DNA of 64,000 nucleotides from Eledone cirrhosa (GCA_964016885.1 OZ024744.1:75144001-75208000), one strand, 5' to 3'. Positions 12,885 to 24,195 are shown, counted from the stretch's first letter. Notes: generated by a model from the letters alone, not told the origin. Made by a program: numbers and translations.

Positions 12885-13056
12885 CCTTGAATCTCAGTCA
12901 TTGATGTTGGTTAACTGGAAAGTTCGTTGGATTGAATATCAAGCCACTACCTGCAGCCTCAGATATTCAGGACGTATCGGAGGGTTCTTGCCGTTCCAAG
13001 CAAGCATGCCTTTTGAAGCGTTCCAAAAAGCGTGAAGGGGCCGATTTTCTTTAACC

Positions 13057-13058
<2 letters not shown>
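12885..13058 (-). mobile_element. very short 3' fragment of the R4 family at 3638-4063
   Basis: Close match to about 3640-3809; flanked by (ATT)n at 12855-12884 and 13059-13096. Confidence 0.85.
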
Positions 13059-13096
<38 letters not shown>

Positions 13097-13310
13097 GAAT
13101 GCCATGGTTGACGGAGGCTCGGCTCTGTAAGGTATAGTAATTTTTAACCGTTAAAACAATTGTAAATTGTTTAAAACTTGAACCAAATTGTTGATAAAGA
13201 CACCCTCCTCCTCGTGAGAGGGGTCTTTCTGTCCGTTATTTGGCCCTTCGGGGTTAAATAACCAGTTATTGGGGTTTTGTACCCAAAATTTCATTTTAAA
13301 CAAAAAAAAC

Positions 13311-15407
13311 ATGGCTACCAAAAAGAAATTTCATACGTCACTCCCACTCATTCCGTCTTCTTCTTCCTCAATCATCACTACAGCAGAGAGAAGATTGTCT
13401 CTCTCCCTCCCTTCTTTAAATGTGTCTCTCTCCCTCCCTTCTCTTTCGCAAGTGACGAAAGAAAAGAAAAGTCTCGTGCAAAGCGTGCAAGGTTTCTCCA
13501 CGACGACGACGACAGCGACGAAACAGGTGTGCGGGAAATACGAAAACCCAGTTCATTCGTCTGACGTCAGGAATAATAGCAGTAGCAGCCGTAATAACAA
13601 CAGCAACAGTGACAATGAAAACAACAGTAGCAGCCGCAACAGCATCACCAGCAGCATAAACAACAACAGCATTAGCAGCAGCAACACCAACAACAACCAC
13701 AGCAACAGCGGCGGAGGCAGTAGTCGTAGTACCTGCAGCAACAACAAAAGTACCAGCAGCTCTGACGACAACAACAACAGCAGAGAAAAACCAATCTCAT
13801 TTGCAGGTATTGCGAAAAATTTGGAAACAATCCTCATAACAAATGAGGAATTAGAGGAAGCGAAGAAGATGGTGACAAAGAACGGACACCGAGCAATCTG
13901 CAAGGCAGCGAAAAATTTTTTCGAAACCCAAGAGCACTGTACGGTCACGTACCGTACAGTAAGTACAAAATCCCGTAGGGTGGAAAGAGCCACAGAGGCC
14001 CAAATACAAAAAGCCTTGGGGTCTGTGTGGCAGCGGAAAACGCACATCACCCGAGGCAAAAAATATGCCACCGTAGACGTACTTTTTGCCACACCCCAGG
14101 AGGCAAAGGCCCAATCAGTAGTGACCCTAAGGAGCGAGGAAATGGTGTTGGTGCCCTCCTACTGTGGGCAAAAAATTGTGAGGGTCAAACTGACCCACGT
14201 CCCCCCCGGAATGACCCCTTCTTGGCTGGCCGCGTCTGTCCTCGTCGGAATCGAGGACAAAACAACTGTACTGCAAGTACAGAAAAAAGTAAGAGAAGAT
14301 TGGGTCGGCTCCTCCATTGAGATGCTAATCCAAACCAACCAGGAGTGCATCGAAGCTATCCCGGATGTGATAGACTTCGATAACGGCACTCAACTGCCCA
14401 TAAGTGTTGAGGGCAAACGCCCGAAATGCTTTCGCTGTGGATCGAAGACTCACCTCAGGGCCTTCTGCAACGAGAAGACCCTGAGAAAGGAGAAAACCCC
14501 CCTCCTTCCGAATCCGGCTCCACGGCTACCAGCAACAGGACAAGCGGCAACCAGGAACGATAGGCCCGTGGCACCCATACCCACTCCACGGAAATCAAAA
14601 ACAGCAGCAGCAGTGGAAATACTAACAACAACAACAGCAATACCAAATGCAGCTGCAACAGAGACTCCAGTGCAAACATCACCAACAACAACAAGTGAAA
14701 GAGTGGAGTTGGTACCCCTCCCCGACCTCACAGAATCAGACATGGAGTGTGAGGTGGGAGAGAGATGGCAAAAGGTCGTAAGAAGGCACAAACGCAGAAG
14801 CAGCGCATCGTCGCCTTTGAAAAGTGAGGAAAGAAATGAGAAAAGGGTAAAGTCTACTGCAAAGAGACCCACAGCAGCAACAACACCAACACCATCACCA
14901 CCCACACTAGCGCCACCATCACCACCGGCGACAACCCCACCGCCAACAACACCTTCAACACCACCACCACAAGCACCAACATCGCAAACACAACAACAAA
15001 ACACACACACCCAGCAACAACGACAAGAAAATAGCAGAACCACACCCCACCCCCAGAAAAACAAATGCACGGCAATAAATACACACAACAAGAAACTAAT
15101 GACTTACATAATTGAACACACAGACATTTCACAACAGGACTACATAATACCAGCACCAATCAAAACGCCAACTAACATAAGACTGCTAAAAATAGCACAG
15201 AAACAATACACAAACATTAAAACGAAATTCCCCAACGCAGTTGGTGATTTCAGGGACCTAGGAGGAACCATCAATCGAAGAGTATATTCAGACATTCTCT
15301 TAGAAGAGCCGACGACCAGCCGAAGGGACGATTCAACGGTCCCTTCACCAGACGATCAAGTGAAAAGGGATGTAAAAACCATCCCTCCTCTACCAAAAGT
15401 ACGGTAA
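13311..15407 (+). CDS. LINE ORF1, gag-like nucleic-acid-binding protein with CCHC knuckle
   Basis: First ATG (MATKKK) at 13311 within ORF 13269-15407; CFRCGSKTHLRAFC zinc knuckle; S/N-rich and P/T-rich linkers. Confidence 0.85.
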   Translation: MATKKKFHTSLPLIPSSSSSIITTAERRLSLSLPSLNVSLSLPSLSQVTKEKKSLVQSVQGFSTTTTTATKQVCGKYENPVHSSDVRNNSSSSRNNNSNSDNENNSSSRNSITSSINNNSISSSNTNNNHSNSGGGSSRSTCSNNKSTSSSDDNNNSREKPISFAGIAKNLETILITNEELEEAKKMVTKNGHRAICKAAKNFFETQEHCTVTYRTVSTKSRRVERATEAQIQKALGSVWQRKTHITRGKKYATVDVLFATPQEAKAQSVVTLRSEEMVLVPSYCGQKIVRVKLTHVPPGMTPSWLAASVLVGIEDKTTVLQVQKKVREDWVGSSIEMLIQTNQECIEAIPDVIDFDNGTQLPISVEGKRPKCFRCGSKTHLRAFCNEKTLRKEKTPLLPNPAPRLPATGQAATRNDRPVAPIPTPRKSKTAAAVEILTTTTAIPNAAATETPVQTSPTTTSERVELVPLPDLTESDMECEVGERWQKVVRRHKRRSSASSPLKSEERNEKRVKSTAKRPTAATTPTPSPPTLAPPSPPATTPPPTTPSTPPPQAPTSQTQQQNTHTQQQRQENSRTTPHPQKNKCTAINTHNKKLMTYIIEHTDISQQDYIIPAPIKTPTNIRLLKIAQKQYTNIKTKFPNAVGDFRDLGGTINRRVYSDILLEEPTTSRRDDSTVPSPDDQVKRDVKTIPPLPKVR

Positions 15408-15442
15408 GTGGTCTTTCCCATCTTTTCCACTCTATTTTAAAC

Positions 15443-18400
15443 ATGACCTCACTCAGAATAGGCAGCATAAATGCGCGTGGCTTGGGGTCGTCATGGAAGC
15501 AGGGTCACCTGCTCAACGACCTCAGGTCACTAAACATAGATGTAGTGGCCATCAGCGAGACCAGAATCTCCGAAGCACGGGCCTTCGCACCGATCTTCGG
15601 CGGCTACGATGTGTACGCATCTCCCAGCCGTCCTGGATCGGGTGGAGGAGTTGCTGTGCTTTTTCGGAGAGGTTTGGATCTCGCCATACGGGCCATCTTC
15701 CTGGACCCAGAGGGTAAGCTGGTGGTGCTGGACGTGACCAGCGGAGACGGGCAAGCTTTCAGGCTAGTGGCCGTCTATGCCCCGACAGGAGCAGGGCGGC
15801 CTGATTTCTTCCGGCGTCTGGAGACCTTTCTTGGAACGTCCCGCTCTTTAGTGTTAGTGGGCGACTGGAACGGGATCTTAGATGCACGCTGGGACTGTGT
15901 GGGATTAGCGGATAGGGGTGGAGGGTGCAAGAGCCTCACCAACCTGCTCAGGCGTTTTGAACTGTCTGACAGGTACCGATTGGATTTCCCGAATGTGCCA
16001 ATGTGGACTTGGACAAACCGCATAGGGTCATCCAGATCATATCTAGATAGAGTATTTTGTAGGGAAATAGATAGGTCTAGCATAGGCTGTCCACAATTCA
16101 AGATAGTCAGCTACACGGACCACAAATTCGTGACCTGTGTGCTTGACTTAGATAGGCTTCATAGACGAGGACCCGGCTACTGGAAGCTAAACGCGTCCTT
16201 ACCAGCGCGCAAGGCCTACAGAGACCGGATTAGCGAACTAGTTAAGCGGGCGTTGACGGGGGCCATCGTCAACAACAAGTGGTGGTTTGCTCTGAAAAGA
16301 GCGATTAGAATAGAATCGATTAGGTTTAGTAAGGCTTTAGCAATAGAGAAAAATAGAGCAGAGGGAGAACTAGTTAGAAAATTAGACGAGGCGCTTAGCA
16401 AAGGCATTGCGACCGACGTGCTTGCGGCGAAATTGGCCCTTGACCAATTCTTCAATGCAAAGCACGAAGGCTGCGTTGTCAGAGCTAGGGTGCGTGCTCT
16501 CAGACACGAGGGGACGAAAGCCGTTCAATGGGCCCGAGTGGCGGAGGCGCGTCGTGGCAACAAAGCCACGATCCGGTCTTTGGTGGACCACGACGGGCGC
16601 ATGCTACTCGATCCCGGGCAAATGTGTGAAGCTTTTCAGCGACACTTCGCTCAGCTGTTCGGGGGCAGCGGGGGGCCGGGTAGAGGGATGGACTTTAGTG
16701 TCTACCTCGACGGACTGCCGCGGCTCTCGGCCACTGAGGCGAAGTGTTGCGAAAAGCCGATAACAGCCGCTGAAGTAAGGGAGGCAATGACTGGCTGCAC
16801 AAGGGGTAAATCGCCTGGTTTGGATGGTCTGCCCTATGAACTTTACGTACAGATGCCAGACTTGTTCGGAGGCCTCTTGGCGGACGTCTACTGCAACTGG
16901 CAACAGAACGGGAGAATTCCCAGTTCTGTGAGCCGAGGAGCGGTGGCACTGCTGAGAAAGGATCCGAACAAGGGGGATAACATAGACAATTTCCGGCCCA
17001 TAACTCTGCTAAACACAGAGTTTAAGATTTTGGCCAAGGTGCTAGCAAAGAGGTTGGCGCTTGTCGTTGGTGGTCTGGTGGGAGAGGCGCAGACATGCGC
17101 CATTCCCGACAGATCCATCCACGACAACCTCCACCTCATGCGATACATCGTAGAGAGGGTAGCTAGGGAACCTGGCACGGGTGGGTCCTTGATCAATTTA
17201 GATCAGTCGAAAGCTTTCGATAGGGTCGACCATCGTTACCTAGCGGCAGTCCTGAGGGCGGCTGGCTTTGGGCCCGTCTTCAGAGGCTGGATCGCTGCCA
17301 TGCACAGCGACATCTGCTCTGTGGTGAGAGTGAACGGTCACCTGTCGGAACCGTTCAACATCATGCGCTCGGTCCGCCAAGGATGTCCCCTCTCGTCCCT
17401 CTTGTACGTATTGACTCTCGAGCCATTACTGCACAAACTGGAGACGTTGAGGGGAGTCCCGCGCGAACTAGGATGCGGAAGATCCGTGTCAGCATATGCG
17501 GACGATGTCACCGTAGTGGTGTCGAACGCCAAACACATCGAGGCGATCGGCACTACACTAAGAGAATACGAAGCGGTGACAGGAGCAATGATCAACCAGG
17601 AAAAGTCAGTGGGCCTGCAGCTCGGCACCTGGAGAGGCAGGTCCATGCCGTCCAACAGCGTCGTCGGGCGCTGGACGGACGGACCGGTTAAATTGCTAGA
17701 GGTCTGGTTCGGTCCGGACCTCCAGACGGACAAAAACTGGGACGAGGTGACGAGCAGGGTGGCTTCTCTCACCCAGAAATGGGCGGAGAGAAAGCTATCC
17801 CTGAAAGGTCGAGCGGAGGTGGCTAACGCGTACATCGCGTCTGTCATCTGCTACCGCCTAACCGTCGTACCTTGTCCTAAGCCTCGCCTGACTGCGCTGG
17901 AGCGTTTGCTCTTTCGCTTTTTGTGGAAGGGACGTGCTCCGATGGTCAGGCGGTCCATCTGTTGTCAACACCCGCTACGTGGAGGGCTGGGCATGCCGTG
18001 GCTGATGATGCGCAGGCACGCGCTCAGGCTACGACATCTCCACCTCTTCCTCGACGGTGATCAGGTGTGGTCGCCGTTTGCTAGACGCGTTTTTTCCCAG
18101 CTTGTTTCCTTGACGGAGCTGCAGTCCTGGGTCAAGCGAAGACCGAGAGGGAGCGCCTGGAGACTGGAATGTCTTCAGGCGCTCACAGCCCTCGACCAAT
18201 CGGGCAATGTGATCGGTGGAAACTCCACCTCGGCGTTCTATAGAGGATTAGTGGAGGGGAAGAGCGACGACGTACTTGGGGAAACTCTAGGCGTCGACGA
18301 AAATCAACTAGCCAATCTCTTCGGAAGAACTTTCGGGCCAGGGCCTATGGACAACTTCCAGAAATCTCTGGCCTGGCAGTGCTACCGAGGAGCCTTGCCA

Positions 18401-18862
18401 GTTCGGGATAAACTCTACAGGCATGGAGGTGCCGTCAGCCGGGCATGTCCGAGATGCGCGCAGGGCGACGAAACCGTCCTGCACGCACTCGTCCAGTGTC
18501 CGAAAATTGCTGACTTGTGGGTTTATGTCGAACACCTGCTGTCGCGTTTAGGACGGATCCAGCTATCATCTGAGTCTATCGTGAGGATTGCCCCGCCCTC
18601 CTCCTTTAGCCGGGAAGGGCAGGCAGTTTTTATCTGTCTGGTGGCCATGGCGAAAGAGATAGTATGGTGGACACGTTTGAAAGGGCTGAAGACGAGCACT
18701 TACCTCTTCGGTGATGCTCTGATTGACTTTTTCAAATTTCATTTGAAAAGGAAAATCAGAGTAGAGAAGGAAGTGCTCTCTTCCCAGCATTTTGTTGAAA
18801 GATGGGTGAGAGAAGCAAGAATGGCCCGAGTGAATGGGCCGACTCTGAGTATATATCTGTAA
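15443..18862 (+). CDS. LINE ORF2: APE endonuclease, reverse transcriptase and C-terminal CCHC
   Basis: 1139 aa uninterrupted; SINARGL, ISET, GDWN, YLDR, TDH (APE); KSPGLDG, FRPITLL, KAFDRV, QGCPLS, YADD (RT); CPRC..ETVLHALVQC. Confidence 0.95.
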   Translation: MTSLRIGSINARGLGSSWKQGHLLNDLRSLNIDVVAISETRISEARAFAPIFGGYDVYASPSRPGSGGGVAVLFRRGLDLAIRAIFLDPEGKLVVLDVTSGDGQAFRLVAVYAPTGAGRPDFFRRLETFLGTSRSLVLVGDWNGILDARWDCVGLADRGGGCKSLTNLLRRFELSDRYRLDFPNVPMWTWTNRIGSSRSYLDRVFCREIDRSSIGCPQFKIVSYTDHKFVTCVLDLDRLHRRGPGYWKLNASLPARKAYRDRISELVKRALTGAIVNNKWWFALKRAIRIESIRFSKALAIEKNRAEGELVRKLDEALSKGIATDVLAAKLALDQFFNAKHEGCVVRARVRALRHEGTKAVQWARVAEARRGNKATIRSLVDHDGRMLLDPGQMCEAFQRHFAQLFGGSGGPGRGMDFSVYLDGLPRLSATEAKCCEKPITAAEVREAMTGCTRGKSPGLDGLPYELYVQMPDLFGGLLADVYCNWQQNGRIPSSVSRGAVALLRKDPNKGDNIDNFRPITLLNTEFKILAKVLAKRLALVVGGLVGEAQTCAIPDRSIHDNLHLMRYIVERVAREPGTGGSLINLDQSKAFDRVDHRYLAAVLRAAGFGPVFRGWIAAMHSDICSVVRVNGHLSEPFNIMRSVRQGCPLSSLLYVLTLEPLLHKLETLRGVPRELGCGRSVSAYADDVTVVVSNAKHIEAIGTTLREYEAVTGAMINQEKSVGLQLGTWRGRSMPSNSVVGRWTDGPVKLLEVWFGPDLQTDKNWDEVTSRVASLTQKWAERKLSLKGRAEVANAYIASVICYRLTVVPCPKPRLTALERLLFRFLWKGRAPMVRRSICCQHPLRGGLGMPWLMMRRHALRLRHLHLFLDGDQVWSPFARRVFSQLVSLTELQSWVKRRPRGSAWRLECLQALTALDQSGNVIGGNSTSAFYRGLVEGKSDDVLGETLGVDENQLANLFGRTFGPGPMDNFQKSLAWQCYRGALPVRDKLYRHGGAVSRACPRCAQGDETVLHALVQCPKIADLWVYVEHLLSRLGRIQLSSESIVRIAPPSSFSREGQAVFICLVAMAKEIVWWTRLKGLKTSTYLFGDALIDFFKFHLKRKIRVEKEVLSSQHFVERWVREARMARVNGPTLSIYL

Positions 18863-19109
18863 ACTAAAGGTGGAAAACTGGGAGAGGGCACTTGCCTTGG
18901 TGGTCAGGGTCATTGTGGCTTTTTACTGGGCTTTCTCCACAAATGTCCCTCCGAAGTCTCCCCCCTATTGGGGAATTTTTCATTGTTATTTTTGTTACAT
19001 CCTCTGTTTTTGTTTTTTACACGCAGAAATGCCCATTTGTACCGTCCTGCATTGTCCTGCACTGTCCTTAATGTCTACTTTATGTAAACCCTTGTGGTTA
19101 ATAAAGAAA

Positions 19110-19175
<66 letters not shown>

Positions 19176-19269
19176 TACATTCAAATTGAAGGATATCATG
19201 AATGATACAAAATCACACATATATATATATGGAGAGGGAGAGGGAGAGAGAGAGAGAGAGAGAGAGGGC

Positions 19270-19371
19270 AATGGCTTCTACATGACTAGAACTGTTTCAT
19301 TCGAAGGAAATCATCAGGAAACCCTGATAATTTCCTTCGAATGAAATAGTTCTAGTCCTGCAGAAGCCATT
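19270..19371. repeat. short fold-back with hammerhead-like cores in both arms
   Basis: About 49 bp inverted arms; CTGAT(G/A)A-tttccttcgaat-GAAA-(C/T)AGTTCTA-GTC. Confidence 0.65.
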
Positions 19372-19466
19372 TCTATATTAAATATTTATAGTCTGCTATG
19401 TAATGAGAACCTTACTTACTGTGTATTACCCCCGATTGAACCCGCGATAAACACACGTACACACAC

Positions 19467-19497
<31 letters not shown>

Positions 19498-20083
19498 CGC
19501 GTGCGCGCGCGTGTGTGCGTGTGTGTGTGTGCGCGCGCGTGTGTGAGTGTGTGTTTGTGTTTGTTTGTGTGGTTGTTTGTTTATATATATATCATCAGTA
19601 CAGATTTTAGACGATTATATTATTTTCTTTCTATTAGGAAAAATTAAATGAAGAACCATCTCTGAAAGCTGCAACCACATGCAGTTACCATATGCAGTCA
19701 TTTTCTATGGTGTTAATTTGCCTTCCTTCATTAAAAATTCTATTATAGAAAAATGTTTATTCGGATCTCGATTGTTCGATGTTTTGTGAAATTAAACGCA
19801 TTTCTTACATTTGCATCTTATCCAAATTGGACTAAAATTGTAGCAGAGATTAAGGTACGTCAAAAATCAAAGTGGCGACAAAACACCGTTTCCAAAGTAT
19901 TCCATTTTCTACCAAAGAAATTCCTAAAAACCCATAAAAGGAAATGTACTTACAAAGATGAAACCTTAATTTGTTCAAATTGATTCCAAAAGAGAGATCT
20001 ACATTTGCATAAGCTGGCAAGGAATCCATGGACAACAAGCAACAACAGATAATTTGGAGTTTATTGCATCGGCAGGTTTCGAT

Positions 20084-20271
20084 AATTGTTTCTACTTTTG
20101 GCACAAGTCCAGCAAATACCCAGTACATTACTGGTACTTTATTTTATCGCCACCGTAAGGATGAAAGTCAAAGTTACCCTCGACGAGATTTGAACTCAGA
20201 ATGGCAAGGGCCGTAACTCTATGCGTCAAAGCATGGCGTCCGACCCTCTACCGATACTGCCAATTCACCGC
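20084..20271 (-). mobile_element. SINE family A
   Basis: Reverse complement of the family A pattern. Confidence 0.85.
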
Positions 20272-20354
20272 AGATTTCGATAATGATCTTTTACAGAGCT
20301 ATCCACGACTGATAGAATAATTTGAAATGTAATTTGCATGGTCGCAATAACTGT

Positions 20355-20660
20355 TTGGCAGGATCAGTACAGTGTCGGACAACATGCTTTGCAGCACAAA
20401 GTTATGGCCCTTTAGGTTTTGAGTTCAAATCCCGCCGAGGTTAGCTTTGCCTTTCATCCTTTCAGGGTCTATAAAATAAAGCACCGGTAACGCACTGGGT
20501 TCGATTTAATCGACTTTCCCCTCATCCCAAATTGCTGGTCTTGTGCCTATAGTATAAATCATTATTTTACAAAAATATTCATCCTTACGGGGTCGACAAA
20601 ATAAAGTGCCAGTTATACACTGGGTAATTGCTGGCCTTGTGCCTACGTAGAAACAATTAT
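20355..20660 (+). mobile_element. SINE family A (longer variant) followed by a 3' partial copy
   Basis: B box GAGTTCAAATCC; extra TCGATTTAATCGA segment; second 3' half at about 20580-20660. Confidence 0.8.
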
Positions 20661-21809
20661 TTTACAAAAATATTGTTATTCAGTCCGTTCAATTTGTCAT
20701 ATCCAAGTTTGTACTGATAGGGATTGAGTTTGTTACATTTGTGTCAACAACAATATTTACCATGGTTGGACAGCATATCTCATTCCCTCCTCTCACAGAT
20801 AATAAATGTTTTGCCCCGAAGAACAGCTATAGAGATGACCATACAAGGGCCGAAGTCTCCGGGTATATTCTCAGCAACCGGTAAAAAAATGGAACCTATC
20901 CGTTGGGGACTGATATTTAATCATATTCGGTCAGAGTAACAAAGAATATGGATGTTCAGTAAACACCTATTTAGATTTACTTCTATAAACTAAATGAGAT
21001 TCAGAGCAACATTTTTACTGCCATATAAATCGAAGAAAGACTATATTTCACGATTGCTCTGTTTATTTGCAAAGACATGAAATCATTTCACAGTTTGAAT
21101 GGAATACTGGATTCAACAACCACCCAAAACAATGGGAGCAACGAAAGTAAATCAGAAAAACCACTCTTTGGGTGGTTTTCTGCTAGCATATGTAGTGTGT
21201 GTATTGATATTATACGCAAGTATATATATGCATGTAGATATGATCAAATAAAATCGTAATTGACAATATACACAGAAGTGTACTCTCTTATGTAATCAGT
21301 AACGTAATCCATGATACATTAAAAAAAAACGATATTATATATAAACTGCATTAGGAGAAAATTAGTGACAGAAATATATGAATATATATTTAAGCGATCG
21401 CCAACCGGAAGTGTTGACATTTTAAAATTTTAAAGAAGTGAATCTTTAAATAAGTAATAACATATATTTAATGAACAGCCACGAAATTTAGTAGATCAAT
21501 GATGTAATATTCATTCATTATTTATTCAAAGTAATCCAACTTATTTTACTAATGGGATAAAAAATTATAAACCGTACGCAGTCCCGCGTATTTTACTTTA
21601 TTATTGCTTAGATATATTATTTGTTATACGCTTGATATAGTCAGAAACGGGTCTTAAAGTTTCAGACGCTAGTCCATCATCAGAAGATAGAATGAGAAAT
21701 TAAAGAAGAAATAGAAAGTTTGAGGAAACAGGCAGGGCGGAAACTAAAACAATTTTTAGAGAAAAAATAACATGACCATTCATGTTACCATCTCTTCGAA
21801 AACTGCATT

Positions 21810-21889
<80 letters not shown>

Positions 21890-22059
21890 TTTTCCAAAAG
21901 ATGGTAACATGAATGATCCTGTTATGTGAATTATATATAAATATATATTGTCAAATATACAATAGAATATTTTAGCTATTGTTACTTTAAAATGGTCAAA
22001 ACATTATTTGTTTCCTGTAGAAATACTTGCAAATTTTACAATGTCACAATGTCCCTTTG

Positions 22060-22342
22060 AATTTTTATTGCTCATTCTGTGTCAAACACTCAATAAATAC
22101 AAAGAACAATGTTTCAAAATGAAAACCCATACACTCATATATTCGATGAAAAATACCCCGAAATAAAGACGTATATGAAAGAATTCATATGGAAAGTGGA
22201 GACTGTCATAAAAAATGGATTAAATCAACAATTCAGATCCACCATCAAAAGAAACATAAAATAACCTCCACTGATATTTCTTTTAACATGAATTACAAAA
22301 TATAACAAGGTTAAGTTTTTAAAAAATATCAAATATACATAC

Positions 22343-22440
<98 letters not shown>

Positions 22441-22860
22441 TTGTGTGTGAGTGTGTATAGAAGAAACTCATATCAGATATCACAACAATTAAATTATTTG
22501 AACTAGATAGCGACACCTCTTCTAAACCTTACATAATAACAATATAGAAAAATACGGACAAACCATATACGAGCATTAACGACAAGCTTAACAAAGATGA
22601 CAAGACCATATGATCCAGATTAAAACAAGACAAGGAAATAAATTGTTTAGCTGAAGATGAAGCCTATATAATGATAAAGGTGACTTCACCTCTTTTTCAT
22701 GTTTATCAGCCCCCCACTTAGGCAAATTTGGAGAAATCACGAAACATATCTTAAATAGCATTATCAACTAAATCGGTAAAGCCTCTAAGTTGTGGCAAGA
22801 CTATAGTACCAAGACTGTAGTTATCTTGTTCAACAATATAAGGCAGGAATTAATATTCAT
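22060..22860 (+). mobile_element. degenerate Penelope-like RT fragment interrupted by (TA)/(TG)n
   Basis: Frameshifted pieces SMKNTP, CLAEDEAYIMIK, GEITKHIL, resembling PLE RT N-terminal motifs. Confidence 0.55.
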
Positions 22861-23337
22861 TTTGGGCCATATATTTCCAGGGATTTTATCTACACGTTAT
22901 CGGTATATACATATATATATATATATTTTTTATTTGTAGGTTTGGAGGAAGGAGAGAGTCTATAGTCTTTTCGGGTCGGGTATACTGATACCGGAAAGAT
23001 TGAGGCTGTTGATATTCGAGCTCCTCATAAACCATTGCAAGTCAACGGCTATAGCAAAACATGAACAGAAAGAAGTTCTACTGAGTCATTACTCTGAGAA
23101 GGAAAGAATAGGCATAGTGATTGCTTAACAGGAATAAAACTATGAAATAAGGAAATTTAAGATTGAGAAAGTATTGCGATTGAGAAAGCAGAAACAAATA
23201 ATCTAAGGTAAAATTAATTGAATAATTAATGACAATAAAATCTCATATAACAACAAAATACGCCAGTATCAAACTCAACAAAACGTAGCAATAACGATAA
23301 AAATAAATGCAAAGATAGCCATCACAAATATAATAAA

Positions 23338-23547
23338 GGTTTCTAATTCATGCACATGTAAATCAGTTTTGGGGAGAGGAAGGTCGATTAAATCGACACG
23401 AATATCTTACTGGTACTTTATTTTATCAACCCCGCACGGATGAAAGGCAAAGCTAACCTCGACGGGATTTGAAATCAGAACGTAAATGGCCGTAACTCTT
23501 TCCGCGAAGTATAGCGTCCGACGCTCTACCGATACTGCTAAGTCACG
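23338..23547 (-). mobile_element. SINE family A (longer variant)
   Basis: Reverse complement of the family A pattern. Confidence 0.8.
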
Positions 23548-23638
23548 ATACTGCTAATCTATTCCAAATACAATATTAAAAGTGGCCATGAACCCCAAAA
23601 TCGAACCAAACAACATGAGAATACATATACATAACATA

Positions 23639-24195
23639 AAAGAAAAACATGTCAACCCTTAATAAAGTAACGACAAAAATGTAAAAATAAAACAAAAGGA
23701 GGAACCTAAGAACGATAACAATAAATAAAATTATACTAAACTGAAGAACGTTTGAAACAAGATATCTTCGCTAAATCACAAAGAATATTTTGTTGCGAAA
23801 GGCTACAACTATTCTTTGAACAAAACAGTGAGTTCGATCCCCACCAAAAACAATTTCAAGAAGTACATGAATTTAAAATAGAAAGTAAGAAAGCTCAACA
23901 GCCAATTTTTTTTTTTTTTTTTTTTTTTTTGGCTGTTGAGCTTTCATACTTTCTATTTTAAATTCATGTACTTCTTGAAATTGTTTTTGGTGGGGATCGA
24001 ACTCACTGTTTTGTTCAAAGAATAGTTGTAGCCTTTCGCAACAAAATATTCTTTGTGATTTAGCGAAGATATCTTGTTTCAAACGTTCTTCAGTTTAGTA
24101 TAATTTTATTTATTGTTATCGTTCTTAGGTTCCTCCTTTTGTTTTATTTTTACATTTTTGTCGTTACTTTATTAAGAGTTGACATGTTTTTCTTT
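23639..24195. repeat. near-perfect 267 bp inverted repeat with poly-T loop
   Basis: Arms 23639-23905 and 23929-24195; T-run 23906-23930; mirror ORFs 23752+ and 24082- in the track. Confidence 0.95.

Larger units (their letters stand above)
13097..19111 (+). mobile_element. apparently intact L1-superfamily (Tx1-like) LINE
   Basis: 5'UTR, ORF1, ORF2, 3'UTR with AATAAA at 19100-19105; (ATT)n on both flanks. Confidence 0.92.

Noticed and set aside
13200-13262. HDV-like ribozyme in the LINE 5'UTR (TCCTCGT word)
   Set aside because: The sequence is better explained by two simple hairpins; I could not build P1, P2 or J4/2
20780-20890. Possible exon after a pyrimidine tract (ctcacag|...|gtaaaa)
   Set aside because: No recognisable peptide in any frame and a weak donor; needs RNA-seq
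23741-23772. CTGAAGA..GAAA in the large palindrome as a hammerhead
   Set aside because: No credible stem II, stem I or UH site
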